Assembly (NCBI GenBank): GCA_032718475.1
Contig: JAUCBJ010001146.1
Location: 1-49,190, forward strand
Length of the DNA stretch: 49,190 bases
Source: Nemertoderma westbladi
Taxonomy: Eukaryota > Animalia > Xenacoelomorpha
Reading direction: 5' to 3'
The translations under genes and the position numbers were made by a program. How positions within the stretch are numbered: position 1 is the stretch's first letter; every line of letters begins with the position of its first letter. The notes beneath the pieces were generated by a model. That model had not been told where the DNA came from. It did not search any database and was given only the letters and a program-made list of their open reading frames with translations. Positions 20,724 through 30,756 of the stretch are shown here, piece after piece.

Positions 20724-21259
20724 TGTGACGGGATCCAGGAAGGATCCCGATTTATCCGGTTGTTTAATTCACGCGTCCCCGCCGTGCGTATGAAAGGTGA
20801 AGGAGTTCGTGTCATTCGTCGTATATAATGTAATCGGGTATATAGATATAAGATATATAAATGGTGTTGTCGTATACGGAAGGCGGGATACGGTAATTAA
20901 AGTCCCGGTCCTTCCCTAGCTAAACTAACTAACCTAACTAGCACCAATATAGTACTGAGATAACTGAACTGATATGATTACAGGTTACTGGTTATATTGC
21001 ATGGTGGCCTTATTGCTACTCAATCGATGCCTTTCCCCCCTCTGATTGGTTGATACCCTTGTTGGCGCCTTTGGAGTGATCCCCTTCACTCCACCTGTTC
21101 TCTCTGGGTTAGGTGTTTGGCCCCTGACCCTCATTGTGTGGTTCACCTTCCCATTTTGTTGGGGTGACACGAGTTGGTTATTACCCCAATCTCGTGGCCC
21201 CCAATATTGCTTATCGGCTTATCTTTTATGGGATGTTAGCGGGATTGAATAAGCTAACA
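20724..21259 (-). repeat. 5' LTR of the inner element
   Basis: Direct repeat of 7120-7655, followed by TSD TTGAC. Confidence 0.96.
20962..21049 (-). promoter_or_regulatory. Putative Pol II promoter in the inner LTR
   Basis: Minus strand CCAAT (21049-21045), TATAA (20996-20992) and tandem TCAGTT initiator-like motifs (20972-20962). TATA lies ~31 nt upstream of the second. Confidence 0.55.
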
Positions 21260-24200
21260 TTGACAGTGGTGGCATTGAGTCATAAATTGGGGGCAGACTG
21301 CAAAAATGTGCGAGTTATTAAGTCTGCAATACGCACAATAGATCTCCATCATCGGTTGTTCGGGGAAATAGGAGCAGGGTACGTCTGAGTCCATAGGGGT
21401 GAAATGGTCTCTAGATGCGCATAATCGACAACGTTTTCGAGAAACATAGTTAGCGTGTCGATAATCGTATGCGGTGAGACATTGTGGACCTTGATACCAC
21501 TCTAAGACGTAGTCGTTATCGCTGCTCCGGGGTGCAGTAGGCTGAATCGCCTCAGATTCTAAGCATATTGGTTCGTCTTCCAATTGCATAGCTGAGATAG
21601 GTGCGGCTGTCTCCACAAGCGGACCCACTGTCTGAACTTCTACGACAGAATAACCCGTGGGTATTCGGGGTCTTTGTATAACAGATGAATGTAAGTTCTG
21701 TATACAAACGTCCTGGAAAAGGGCAAATCCCGTGCTGTTTAGCTTCTCCGCCACTGAGTCTCTTAGGCTGAGTTTGGTCAGAGCGCGGTCCTTGAACTGA
21801 CTATCAACGTTACGGAACGGAGTCAGAAAGCGCCTGAAACATTCGAAGCGGATGAATTTATTGTGTTCATCTAACTTGGCGAGTTTGGTTCCAAGTATTA
21901 AGGGATGGGCGCGGATGGTACGACTGCACACATCGGCTAGCCAACCGGCAAGTGCGGCGTTTTCAAAGATCGTGTATATAGCTAAGGAGGGACGAAGTGG
22001 AACACTCATAAAGCTATACACGGCGCCAGGTGCGGTCAATGGTCCATCAAAGTATAAACGAGAATAATGATCTCCATATACTTGCTGGTAATTAATAGGA
22101 TTTCCAACTTTGAAATTCCATCCGTATTCTTGAAAGGCAAGATGTCCGATGGAGGTTCATTGTACTTTAGTGATGCCGCTGGGTGTATTGGCATACATAG
22201 TGCGGAAGAAACCTCGGCCTTCTGCCCAGGGAGCAATCAGCTGAGTATCAACGAAAGGGTATGGAATGTTTTCCATGTTCCGAAAGTCGTTTTGGAGGTC
22301 TCCATAAACAGCTGAGCCGATTTTAAGGATTCTTTCGTTAAACAGCATCTCGAGCACGGGCTGGGGTAACATCGATCCATCGATACCCATGGCTGGTTTG
22401 CGCTCGGTGTCGGTGACGTAACGCTGCGCGAGTTCGAATTGTCCATGTCGGAGTTTCTTTTGTGTCTCCGTAAGAGTCGCAAAAAGAATAATCAATCACA
22501 TCGGAACATGCTCGAGTAAATACGTGGGTAGAACCAGCAAGTCCTCGTATGTGTATCATTCGCGTAGTTCCCAGTTCTCCAACAGGAACACTACCTTCGT
22601 TATCGTAAGTGACAACTCCATACATCTCGATAACGTTAAGAGTCTCATTCCATTCTTTAGTGGCGTTTTCGAGAGTCATTCCCACTGGATGCCACAAGGT
22701 AGCGCATTCGCTAGCATTAGGTAGATCTCTATACTTTAAGTATTGGGTAGTATATGTTTCCACATCTCCATATCGTTGTATTCTTTCCTCCTCGAATAAC
22801 ACGTCAAGATTCCAGTGTACTAATCGAGTTTTGATGAATCAATCAAGATTATACGGAGGTATTATTTCTTTCTCTATTCTGGAAACATTATATGGTTTTC
22901 GAAATGAGTTTACTTTAACTAACTGATCCAGATGTTTCTGCAGTTGTTCGAGTTCGACAAGATCGAGAGGATTTATTAGTGGTAGAAACCTCAGACTATG
23001 GGTAGGATCTTCCGGTTTTACCATGTAATATTGTGTTAAATTGACATAATAAGGGTGATCTTTGATCCCATAAAACGAGTCCGGTAAAGGTCTAGCGCGT
23101 ATGTTAACATCGTGTACCATGCGACGGACAAGATCCGCTCTATTGTCCGGAGGTTCAACGAGTATACCATCGACACGAGTGGCTTCGATGGGCGGACGTT
23201 GCAACATGGGAGCATCAGCGATAAGATCTCGAGATCTTAGGTTGATATCAACCGGTTGAGGCTGTGCCATGGCGAAGAGTTTGTCTCCGAAATGAGGAAC
23301 CATAGAAGGATGGATAATGGTTTTAGAATAGAGATCTGTTATAAGAATTTGGGCTTCTGGCTGGGCCAAAGATGCTGCTTCTCTCTCATCCAATTCTATA
23401 TGTCTCTCCTCGAGTTGATTTTCTTCCGCTTGTTGTTGTAAACGCTCATCCAGGAACTCTTGCAAAGAGTAGGTTCGTCCACGTTCTATGTCCTCCTCGA
23501 GATTTTGTATTTCTCTATCAAACTGGGGTAAAGCTAGTTCTTTCACCGCTTGGACTTGTTGCTGCAATTTACGTTTCTCCAAACAATCGTAAGTTCCCTT
23601 ACGACGCTCCCGTACTTACTTCCGTACGACGCTCTCTTCGACTTCCGTAACGGGTTGTATCGGGGCGAAGCCGGGACGGTTGTACGGGTTAAACGGCGAT
23701 ATTAGATGACCGCATCCTAATCCGGCTAGGTAGGGTTGGCAAATATCTAGTGAGCCTACTACCGGAGTGCCACCGATCAACTGTTCGGTTAACACTAGAT
23801 CTTTGAACAGTGAGTACAGTTCGGGAGGATCCGTGATACTATTAGGATCAAGAGTCTGAGGTCTAACTGAGGAATGAGGGGGTCTGACCGAGAATTCAGG
23901 GACTCTGATCATTGGTTTATTCAAGGATCGTTTGAGCCGAGCGACCGTAGGTGATACGTCGAACAGGTTTCGCTCGAAACTCCCATAAGTATATCGTGTA
24001 AAACTGTGTTTAGCGCAACGTCTCCGCGGATGTTTATGCCTTTCCGTTTGCTGATTGGGTCTAGGGCATTCGTCGCAGTAATACCAAAGACGCACGTCCT
24101 GCAAGGGAAACAAGGGTGATCGTTCTCCAGTTTTACAATATTCCTCCATCTGTTCGAAGCTATCTGGGACGACAGGTAGCGGTCGATCGGTGGTAAGATA

Positions 24201-24605
24201 CATCATAGTGAAATAGAGTTGTTTGAGTTCTATCATAGGATCATGATGTATACCTTGAGGATATCGAGTTTCTAAATTTTGTTGACTGGCAACATTGAGA
24301 TATGTTTCTCTTAGAAACTCCAGATATTTGTTGAAGTCGCTGCGTTTATCCGGCTCTTCAACATCTTCTCTTTCGAGTCGGTTTCTAATAGAATTCTTGT
24401 GTTCTATTCTCGGTTTATCGTTACAACTCCGCTGGGTATGATATTTGAATAAAACCATTTCCCTTTCTGTATTGATATCGTCCGTATCGTGTAGGTCGAT
24501 AGGATGACCAGTAGCTAAGAAGTCCATATACGTACCATTACGATGCATATAGCGAGCGGTGAACTTTCTATAATCCAATTCACGCGTAAGTTGCTCCGGG
24601 GACAT
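21260..24605 (-). pseudogene. Outer element accessory gene: unknown N-terminal domains + DEDD 3'-5' exonuclease + CCHC knuckles (degraded, continues at 7119)
   Basis: Consecutive minus ORFs 24605-23616, 23582-22839, 22802-22338, 22495-22157 (+TGA) and 22039-21254. Motifs VVTYDNEG, LEMLFNERILKIGSAVYGD, FVDTQLI, AIYTIFEN, CRLCASRDH, CAYCRLNNSHIFAVC, CHHC. Confidence 0.75.
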
Positions 24606-25550
24606 TAACGACCATCATCCTCCGTAGTAGTTGGACTGGCGTCGCCGCGTATCAAGCTATCGACAAACGCTTGTAAAGGTAGAGTATATCGCTCCCTGAT
24701 ACCAAGGTCATCTTCTATCAACTCAGTCATATCTGCTATATGAGTCTATCAATATTATAATGAGTTTATATTTTAGGCTAGCGGGCGTTGCTGCCTACCC
24801 CTCTTTTGCCCCCGGACAGTGTAAGATCATCAGCGCCGATGTACCGTCGTCGCTGTGTTTTCGCCAACGATGTAGCTACACAACGACAACGATAACCGGC
24901 ACAAGTCACTCCACTGTCCGTCCCAAAGGCTTAGATGTACTTCAGGTTCTTACTGGAGAGTTAGGGCTACTTTCACAATTGCGACTCGCTACTGTAAACA
25001 CACTTTAGCAGTAACATTCACCTATAAACGCACAAATTCAACACAACTGTGACAAACTGTACACATTAGGGCCATTTGTCCGTTAGTCAAGTGCCTTCCA
25101 GAATGTCACTTTATTATTATGTATCCTTGGATACTAACAGTGTGCTATTTATTCCCTATGCTATTCAATGGGGCAAGCTTTCTATTGTTCTTTTAACTCG
25201 CTTATAATTCTAGCGTGGTTGTTGCTATGGTGACATTATGGAAAGCTAGCAGTATAATTAGGGTAATTCTCATGCATACAGATCTGGGATGCTATTTAAT
25301 AGTAATTCTTTAATTGTCAATATCCCTCTTTATATATGATTTTATAAATTTTATCGTCTATTGACTATATATATTGGAGATTCTCGCACACTAATACTTA
25401 ATAGAGTGAATCTCCACTCCCATGATCTATTAATTAAAGGAATTTTGGGAATGTTATAAATTGTATAAAAATGACAATTTATTGAATTCATTAAAAATAT
25501 GAATTTAAATTTATTCACGTAAATTTTATTATTTAATGTTAAATAGACAC

Positions 25551-25830
25551 AATTTTATTCCAGAACATATCTGGGGATTGGGATCCTTGATTCTAGGAAA
25601 TTTGTCTTTTTTAAGAGTATCGGTAAGTGCTACGATATCTTAATCGACTAGAATTTTGAAGGATCTGAAATTTGACAGATTTTGTAAATATTAATAAATA
25701 ATATTTAGGATGGGCACCATTTTATTCCAGAACTTGTCTGGGGACGTTAACCACTCATTCTAGAATTTTGTCTTTCAAGTATATCGGTGGGTGCCGCGAT
25801 ATCTTAATCGACTAGAATTGCAGATGGTCA
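25551..25830. repeat. Degenerate ~168-bp tandem duplication
   Basis: attttattccagaac...tctgggga...gatatcttaatcgactagaatt at ~25551 and ~25719. Confidence 0.65.
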
Positions 25831-26061
25831 AAGGGGTTAACATATTTATTTTGCGTTATATGCTACTGTTAAAGGGACATCACGCTACTATATGTATTAT
25901 TTAATATACGGTATGAGAGCAATATCGCACGAAGCAATATCAGTGTGAAGAGGCAAGTCATTTCCAAGGTCTACCCAGAGCTTGGTTTAGCCGAGACACG
26001 AGGATCTGAACTTTGCATTCCTAATACTCTGCCTACCAATAATACTTGAATATAGTAGGAG

Positions 26062-26164
26062 CTTTATTGTGGGGCGAGCCACGAAGTTGGCGGAGCCTTA
26101 GCGAATTGACACTGTTAGGGGGTGGGTCAATTTATGCAAATAGTTGTCGTCGTCGTCGTTGTCG

Positions 26165-26196
<32 letters not shown>

Positions 26197-27036
26197 GTCG
26201 TCGTCGTTACGATTTTGACATGCTAATAACTTTGTCGGATTTAAAGCTGCCAAGTTGAAAATTTGTAGGTATCAATATGAGCAAAAGTTGAGATTTTTGA
26301 GAGACTTTCAGACACCATCAGTGCAATGGTCTCCCGCTAGAGGGCCACATGTCTAAACATTAAATGCCCTCCCATTTCTTTGCTTTTAATCCGTTTAAGC
26401 TGAAACTTGGCAGATATGTATTAGACCATTAGCTGTGACTTTCAAAGGAGGCGAATCCATCTGCAGTTCTCCAGTCTGCCGCTAGAGGGCCAAAGGTCTG
26501 AAAGTGAAATCGTTGTCGTCGTTACGATTTTGACATGCTAATAACTTTGTCGGATTTAAAGCTGCCAAGTTGAAAATTTGTAGGTATCAATATGAGCTAA
26601 AGTTGAGACGTTTGAGAGACTTTCAGACACCATCAGAGCAATAGTCTCCTGCTAGAGGGCCACATGTCTAAACGTTAAATGTCCTCCCATTTCTTTGCTT
26701 TTAATCCATTTATGCTGAAATTTGGCAGATATGTACTAGACCATTAGCTGTGACTTTGAAAGAAGGAATTGAATTGAATTGAATTGAAGGCTAATCCGTG
26801 TGCAGTTCTTCAGTCTGCCGCTAGAGGGCGAAATGTTTGAAAGTGAAATCTTTCTCCCATCTCGTTATTTATGATCCGTTCAAGCTGAAACGTAGCAGAT
26901 ATGTAGTAGAAGTCGGCCTGAGTCTTTGGTGGGCAGTAAACGGTCTGGAGTCCTCCAGTCTGCCGCTAGAGGGCGAAATGTATAACTAAGTATAATTAAG
27001 TCACGTGCTGCGCGAAGGCCCCACTTCGTGTACTTT
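26062..27036 (+). mobile_element. Non-autonomous Helentron/HINE-like (or related) DNA element with (GTC)n microsatellite and ~150-bp core repeats
   Basis: Subterminal inverted motifs gtggggc/cacgaagt versus gccccac/acttcgtg, (GTC)n at ~26144-26207, and repeated cores with tgaaacttggcagatatg and ccgctagagggc. Boundaries approximate. Confidence 0.55.
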
Positions 27037-27336
27037 AATAAGTACGGAGATTTCATCTTACTGTAGTCACGTATTTATAATATGATACGGACAGTAAGGA
27101 AAGAGAAAAAGAATTATTTCTTGCCGTCACACTAAATATATAATATAAGTAATTATGTAAGTATTAAACACTAATACACATTGCACTAATCTACTAAATA
27201 ATCGCTAAAATAACCTTCTACTAAATAAAATTAAAGAAAACGATTATAATAAAATTACATAATAATACGTACATAAATATAAAATAATAAAAAACAAATA
27301 TAAAATAATATAGTCACACACCCACTCCGTATGTTG

Positions 27337-30300
27337 TTACGTTATGGAGTCCCTAGATATTTGTCGGATTAGGGAGGTGGTCGTAGGAAGAGTATCTTGC
27401 CTTCCATAGTTTCCGGACAGTTTTCGGTCTCTTTCCAGTAAACATAAACGACCAGCTGGGCGATTGAGTTGTTGTGTTACTTTCTCCGCTCCCTTGGCCT
27501 GTCTAATCTCCACCGTGGTAAGATGAGGAGGCCATTCATCTTCTTCTTTACTTAGGAAGTCGGGTCCACCTAGCCAACCTGGAGTATCTATCAGTTCTTG
27601 AGGAGTTGCTCCTCTGGAAGCGATGTCGGCTGGATTAATCGTCCCAAGGCAATGTCTCCATTGATCTACATTGGAGTTAATATCGTCATTATCTGAGGAG
27701 TATGGTATTCCCTCAGTTGGATCGTCCACCTCACTGCTCTCCACTTCCCATTTACTTACGTGGTAGACCCATTCTTTGGGCAACCTTTCCATGAGTGTTC
27801 TACGGGACGGACCAGTAAGGTACCAACCTACTCTAGTTCTTCCCGCATAAGTTTGTAGTGGTTGCGTTTGAGCAGGCCGTTTCTCCAATGTCTCAAGTGC
27901 CTCATGCGCATTTTGGCCGATGAGTATTTGCACTCCAGGGTAGTCGGTGTCGAATCTAGGTATTTCAAGCTGCTGGGTGAAATCGTCCTCATCCCAGTTA
28001 TAAGGTTCCACTTGGCTGGTAGCGAAGTTCTTTATCGCCACCATCTTTACTGACCTTATACTATGTTCTCCTAGTTCATCCTGGGGAGTGGACAACGCGC
28101 CTACATAATAATTAGCTATTACAGTAGATTCCCAAACCTGCATAATTCCTGACATGTTTAGCTTAGTTCGGAACTTGGGTTGTCCAGCAAAGATGTCTTC
28201 GGCTAGTACTTTGTCGATGAATGTTCCTGTGCTACCGGAGTCAAGGAGGGCGTTCACTATATAACTCCTTTTAGGTCCGTGGACCCTTAACTGTACTACA
28301 GGAAATTCTCGGATTCCTACATTGGAAGTTGGCACTTTCCAAGATGGTTGTCGATCGGAAGTAGTTAAGGTGAGGTCACTGTCGGTGTCTTTTTCATACG
28401 TAAGTGCTCGATACACTGCGGTATTTATCATGTAACAGGATTCGTCTTGGTCGGAGAATTCGTCCGTATAGAATCCTTCCATCTCAGAACTTTGGTCAGT
28501 GTCGTTCACATCACTGAATTGGACATGCAGTTCGGACTCACTTACCTGACTCGGGCTGTTTCGTTCGAATTCAGTGTGCAACAAGATATGATGTTTCGCA
28601 CCGCACTTTGCACACCTTGTGTCAGAGTAACAGGTTTGCCGCTGGTGTCCTTGTCTGAGGCAATTATAACACAACCGCTTATCCCACATGACTTCCCGTC
28701 TATCCGTTAATGATTTCTTTAGGAATTCATCACACATATTCAAACGGTAGGTCCCGTCACATAGCACACATTTCGGTTTGATGTTACTTACCTTTTTTTG
28801 AATAACATTGTGCACACTCGTTCTTTCCTCGGGCTTTCTTACATGAATTCTCCTAGGAGACGTAGGAGGAGTTTTTCTTACCGGTTCTCTCCCGTCATTG
28901 GTTCGAGACATGAATTTACTTACCTGTTCTTTAGGCATTTTATTGACATAATAAGATCTTTCAGTGTCTTTCCCGCTGTCCTCTCCTTGAGAAGTCTGGC
29001 TTTCGCCATCGTCGGTATAACACACTGGTGTTACTTTTCTCCTAGAAACGGGTTTCTCACTTACCTTGTTTTCCGGTGTCTTCTCTCTGGACTGCTTTAG
29101 GAGTTGTAATTTCACTTCTCCATCCAAGAATGACATGAGATCAGCCATAGTAGGGTCTCGTCGTTGTTGCTCCATCATATATAACACTTTCTTATCCCAG
29201 CGTGTACCTACTCCACCCTTCGGTAAAGTAGAAGCCATGGCTCCAATAACCATGGAACTCTGATATTCATGAGACTTGCCTAACCAATCTAATTGTCTAC
29301 AGATATCTTGAATCTCATCGGAAAACTCTATTATCCCGCTGCTAATGAACTTTCGGGGCGCTACTAGTTTTGCATACAAATATTTAGCTATGTTATTCCT
29401 ATTACCATACCTGATGTTTAGGGTATCCCAAACTTGTCTTAATCCGTCTGGATGTCCAATAAACTTTAACGCCATTAACTTGGGAGATCCTTCCAAGCAC
29501 TCGATGAGGAATCTCAGTTTCTCTCCGTTAGATAACACAGAGTTCTGTATGTTATCTTTATAATATTCATTGAAAGGTAACCATTTCATCTCATCTCCAT
29601 TGAACTTGACTATCTCTCCCACCTTTACCGCTTGACGGGCTTCGGTTCTAGCCATTTGACGAGTAAAACTTTCTTGAGCCATCATGTTATTTAATATCGA
29701 GTTATCGGTATATAAATTTCTCGGATTTTGATCAGGTCTATAGGGAATATCATTGTCAACAGGTTTATAATTACCCTTAATAGGGTTCACTATAGGAGTT
29801 TCTACTTCGCTAGCAGTATAGATGCGTGTAGGCTCCACACCTTGCGCATGAGATACTTCAGACCTAACAGGTTGACACATTGTTACCGGGGGTGGTGGTA
29901 TACCCTTTTGTGTATTTACTAATTTATCGCGTTCTAACGCGATACTTTGCTGCACTTCTTGCAACTCTAACCTACTTTCCCTTACTGTGCCCTTGAACTG
30001 CTTAACAGTCTCCTGCATCTGCCCGAGCAGGAGATCCATCCCCCGCTGTCTCTCATCCACCCAATCAACCGCCGAAGCAGGATTCGCCAACGTTGTAGTG
30101 GGTGGACGAGGGATAACGGGCGACAAATCATTAATATTTCGCTCGGTTCTGTGGGGCACAGGCAGCCTAGTGCTATGAAGAGGGAATTTAGAGATAGGTT
30201 CTGGGAGCACAGGTGTCTCTATCACCGAAGGGGTGATTTCAAGAACAGGCCTAATTATTTCAGGCTCATCTACTATAGTAGGGAGTCTTTCTATTTTAAT

Positions 30301-30756
30301 TATTTGGTCTGTGGGTTCTGTACTACCTAAGCCTGTGTTAGTTAGTTGCCTTCTAATAGTTGGGGGCAAATCAGGCAATTTCTGACGGTGGGACATTCTT
30401 CTACGGCTGCTTAGACGAGATCTATTTCCTCCACCCTCAGGATCGGTGGTATCGCCTTCATCAGATGATGTAAATCCCTGCCGTTTGGGAGTAGATCGTC
30501 TCATCATCTGCATTTGACTAGCTGTTAACTGTTTATTGAAGTTGTCTTGCCTCTCTTGAAGATTTTCCAACTCTAGTTGGGTTGTCTCTTCAGATGCCCT
30601 CCGTTCTGCTTCTGCCACTGCCTCCGCCGCCTTACTTTCCGCTTCGGCCGCTGCTTCTGCCGCCTTTCTTTCCGCTTCGGCCGCTGCTTCTGCCGCCTTT
30701 CTTTCCGCTTCGGCCGCTGCTTCTGCCGCCTTTCTTTCCGCTTCTGCCTTTGCCAT
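27337..30756 (-). CDS. Outer element Gag (DUF1759-like, triple Cys/His box) + protease fused in frame to remnants of RNase H end and integrase end
   Basis: KFNGDEMKWLPF..EKLRFL..LEG, CVLCDG..C / CYNCLRQGHQRQTC / CAKCGAKHHILLH, ALLDSGSTGTFI, then QWRHCLGTINPADIASRG..WLGGPDFL..EWP and TVEIR...RPAGRLCLLE. RT and IN core are absent. Confidence 0.9.
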   Translation of the reverse strand: MAKAEAERKAAEAAAEAERKAAEAAAEAERKAAEAAAEAESKAAEAVAEAERRASEETTQLELENLQERQDNFNKQLTASQMQMMRRSTPKRQGFTSSDEGDTTDPEGGGNRSRLSSRRRMSHRQKLPDLPPTIRRQLTNTGLGSTEPTDQIIKIERLPTIVDEPEIIRPVLEITPSVIETPVLPEPISKFPLHSTRLPVPHRTERNINDLSPVIPRPPTTTLANPASAVDWVDERQRGMDLLLGQMQETVKQFKGTVRESRLELQEVQQSIALERDKLVNTQKGIPPPPVTMCQPVRSEVSHAQGVEPTRIYTASEVETPIVNPIKGNYKPVDNDIPYRPDQNPRNLYTDNSILNNMMAQESFTRQMARTEARQAVKVGEIVKFNGDEMKWLPFNEYYKDNIQNSVLSNGEKLRFLIECLEGSPKLMALKFIGHPDGLRQVWDTLNIRYGNRNNIAKYLYAKLVAPRKFISSGIIEFSDEIQDICRQLDWLGKSHEYQSSMVIGAMASTLPKGGVGTRWDKKVLYMMEQQRRDPTMADLMSFLDGEVKLQLLKQSREKTPENKVSEKPVSRRKVTPVCYTDDGESQTSQGEDSGKDTERSYYVNKMPKEQVSKFMSRTNDGREPVRKTPPTSPRRIHVRKPEERTSVHNVIQKKVSNIKPKCVLCDGTYRLNMCDEFLKKSLTDRREVMWDKRLCYNCLRQGHQRQTCYSDTRCAKCGAKHHILLHTEFERNSPSQVSESELHVQFSDVNDTDQSSEMEGFYTDEFSDQDESCYMINTAVYRALTYEKDTDSDLTLTTSDRQPSWKVPTSNVGIREFPVVQLRVHGPKRSYIVNALLDSGSTGTFIDKVLAEDIFAGQPKFRTKLNMSGIMQVWESTVIANYYVGALSTPQDELGEHSIRSVKMVAIKNFATSQVEPYNWDEDDFTQQLEIPRFDTDYPGVQILIGQNAHEALETLEKRPAQTQPLQTYAGRTRVGWYLTGPSRRTLMERLPKEWVYHVSKWEVESSEVDDPTEGIPYSSDNDDINSNVDQWRHCLGTINPADIASRGATPQELIDTPGWLGGPDFLSKEEDEWPPHLTTVEIRQAKGAEKVTQQLNRPAGRLCLLERDRKLSGNYGRQDTLPTTTSLIRQISRDSIT

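Larger units (their letters stand above)
7120..21259 (-). mobile_element. Inner structurally complete BEL/Pao LTR retrotransposon (~14.1 kb) with a 3' accessory gene
   Basis: 536-bp LTRs (TGT...ACA) differing at about 7 positions by eye. TSD TTGAC (7115-7119 / 21260-21264). Gag-PR-RT-RH-IN order with Pao-type motifs. PPT present. Confidence 0.96.

Noticed and set aside
25980-26040. Possible second tRNA-derived fragment on the minus strand
   Set aside because: Only a weak B-box-like gttcagatcc with no convincing A box or fold.
26046-26258. Arg-rich protamine-like ORF
   Set aside because: Translation of the (GTC)n microsatellite.
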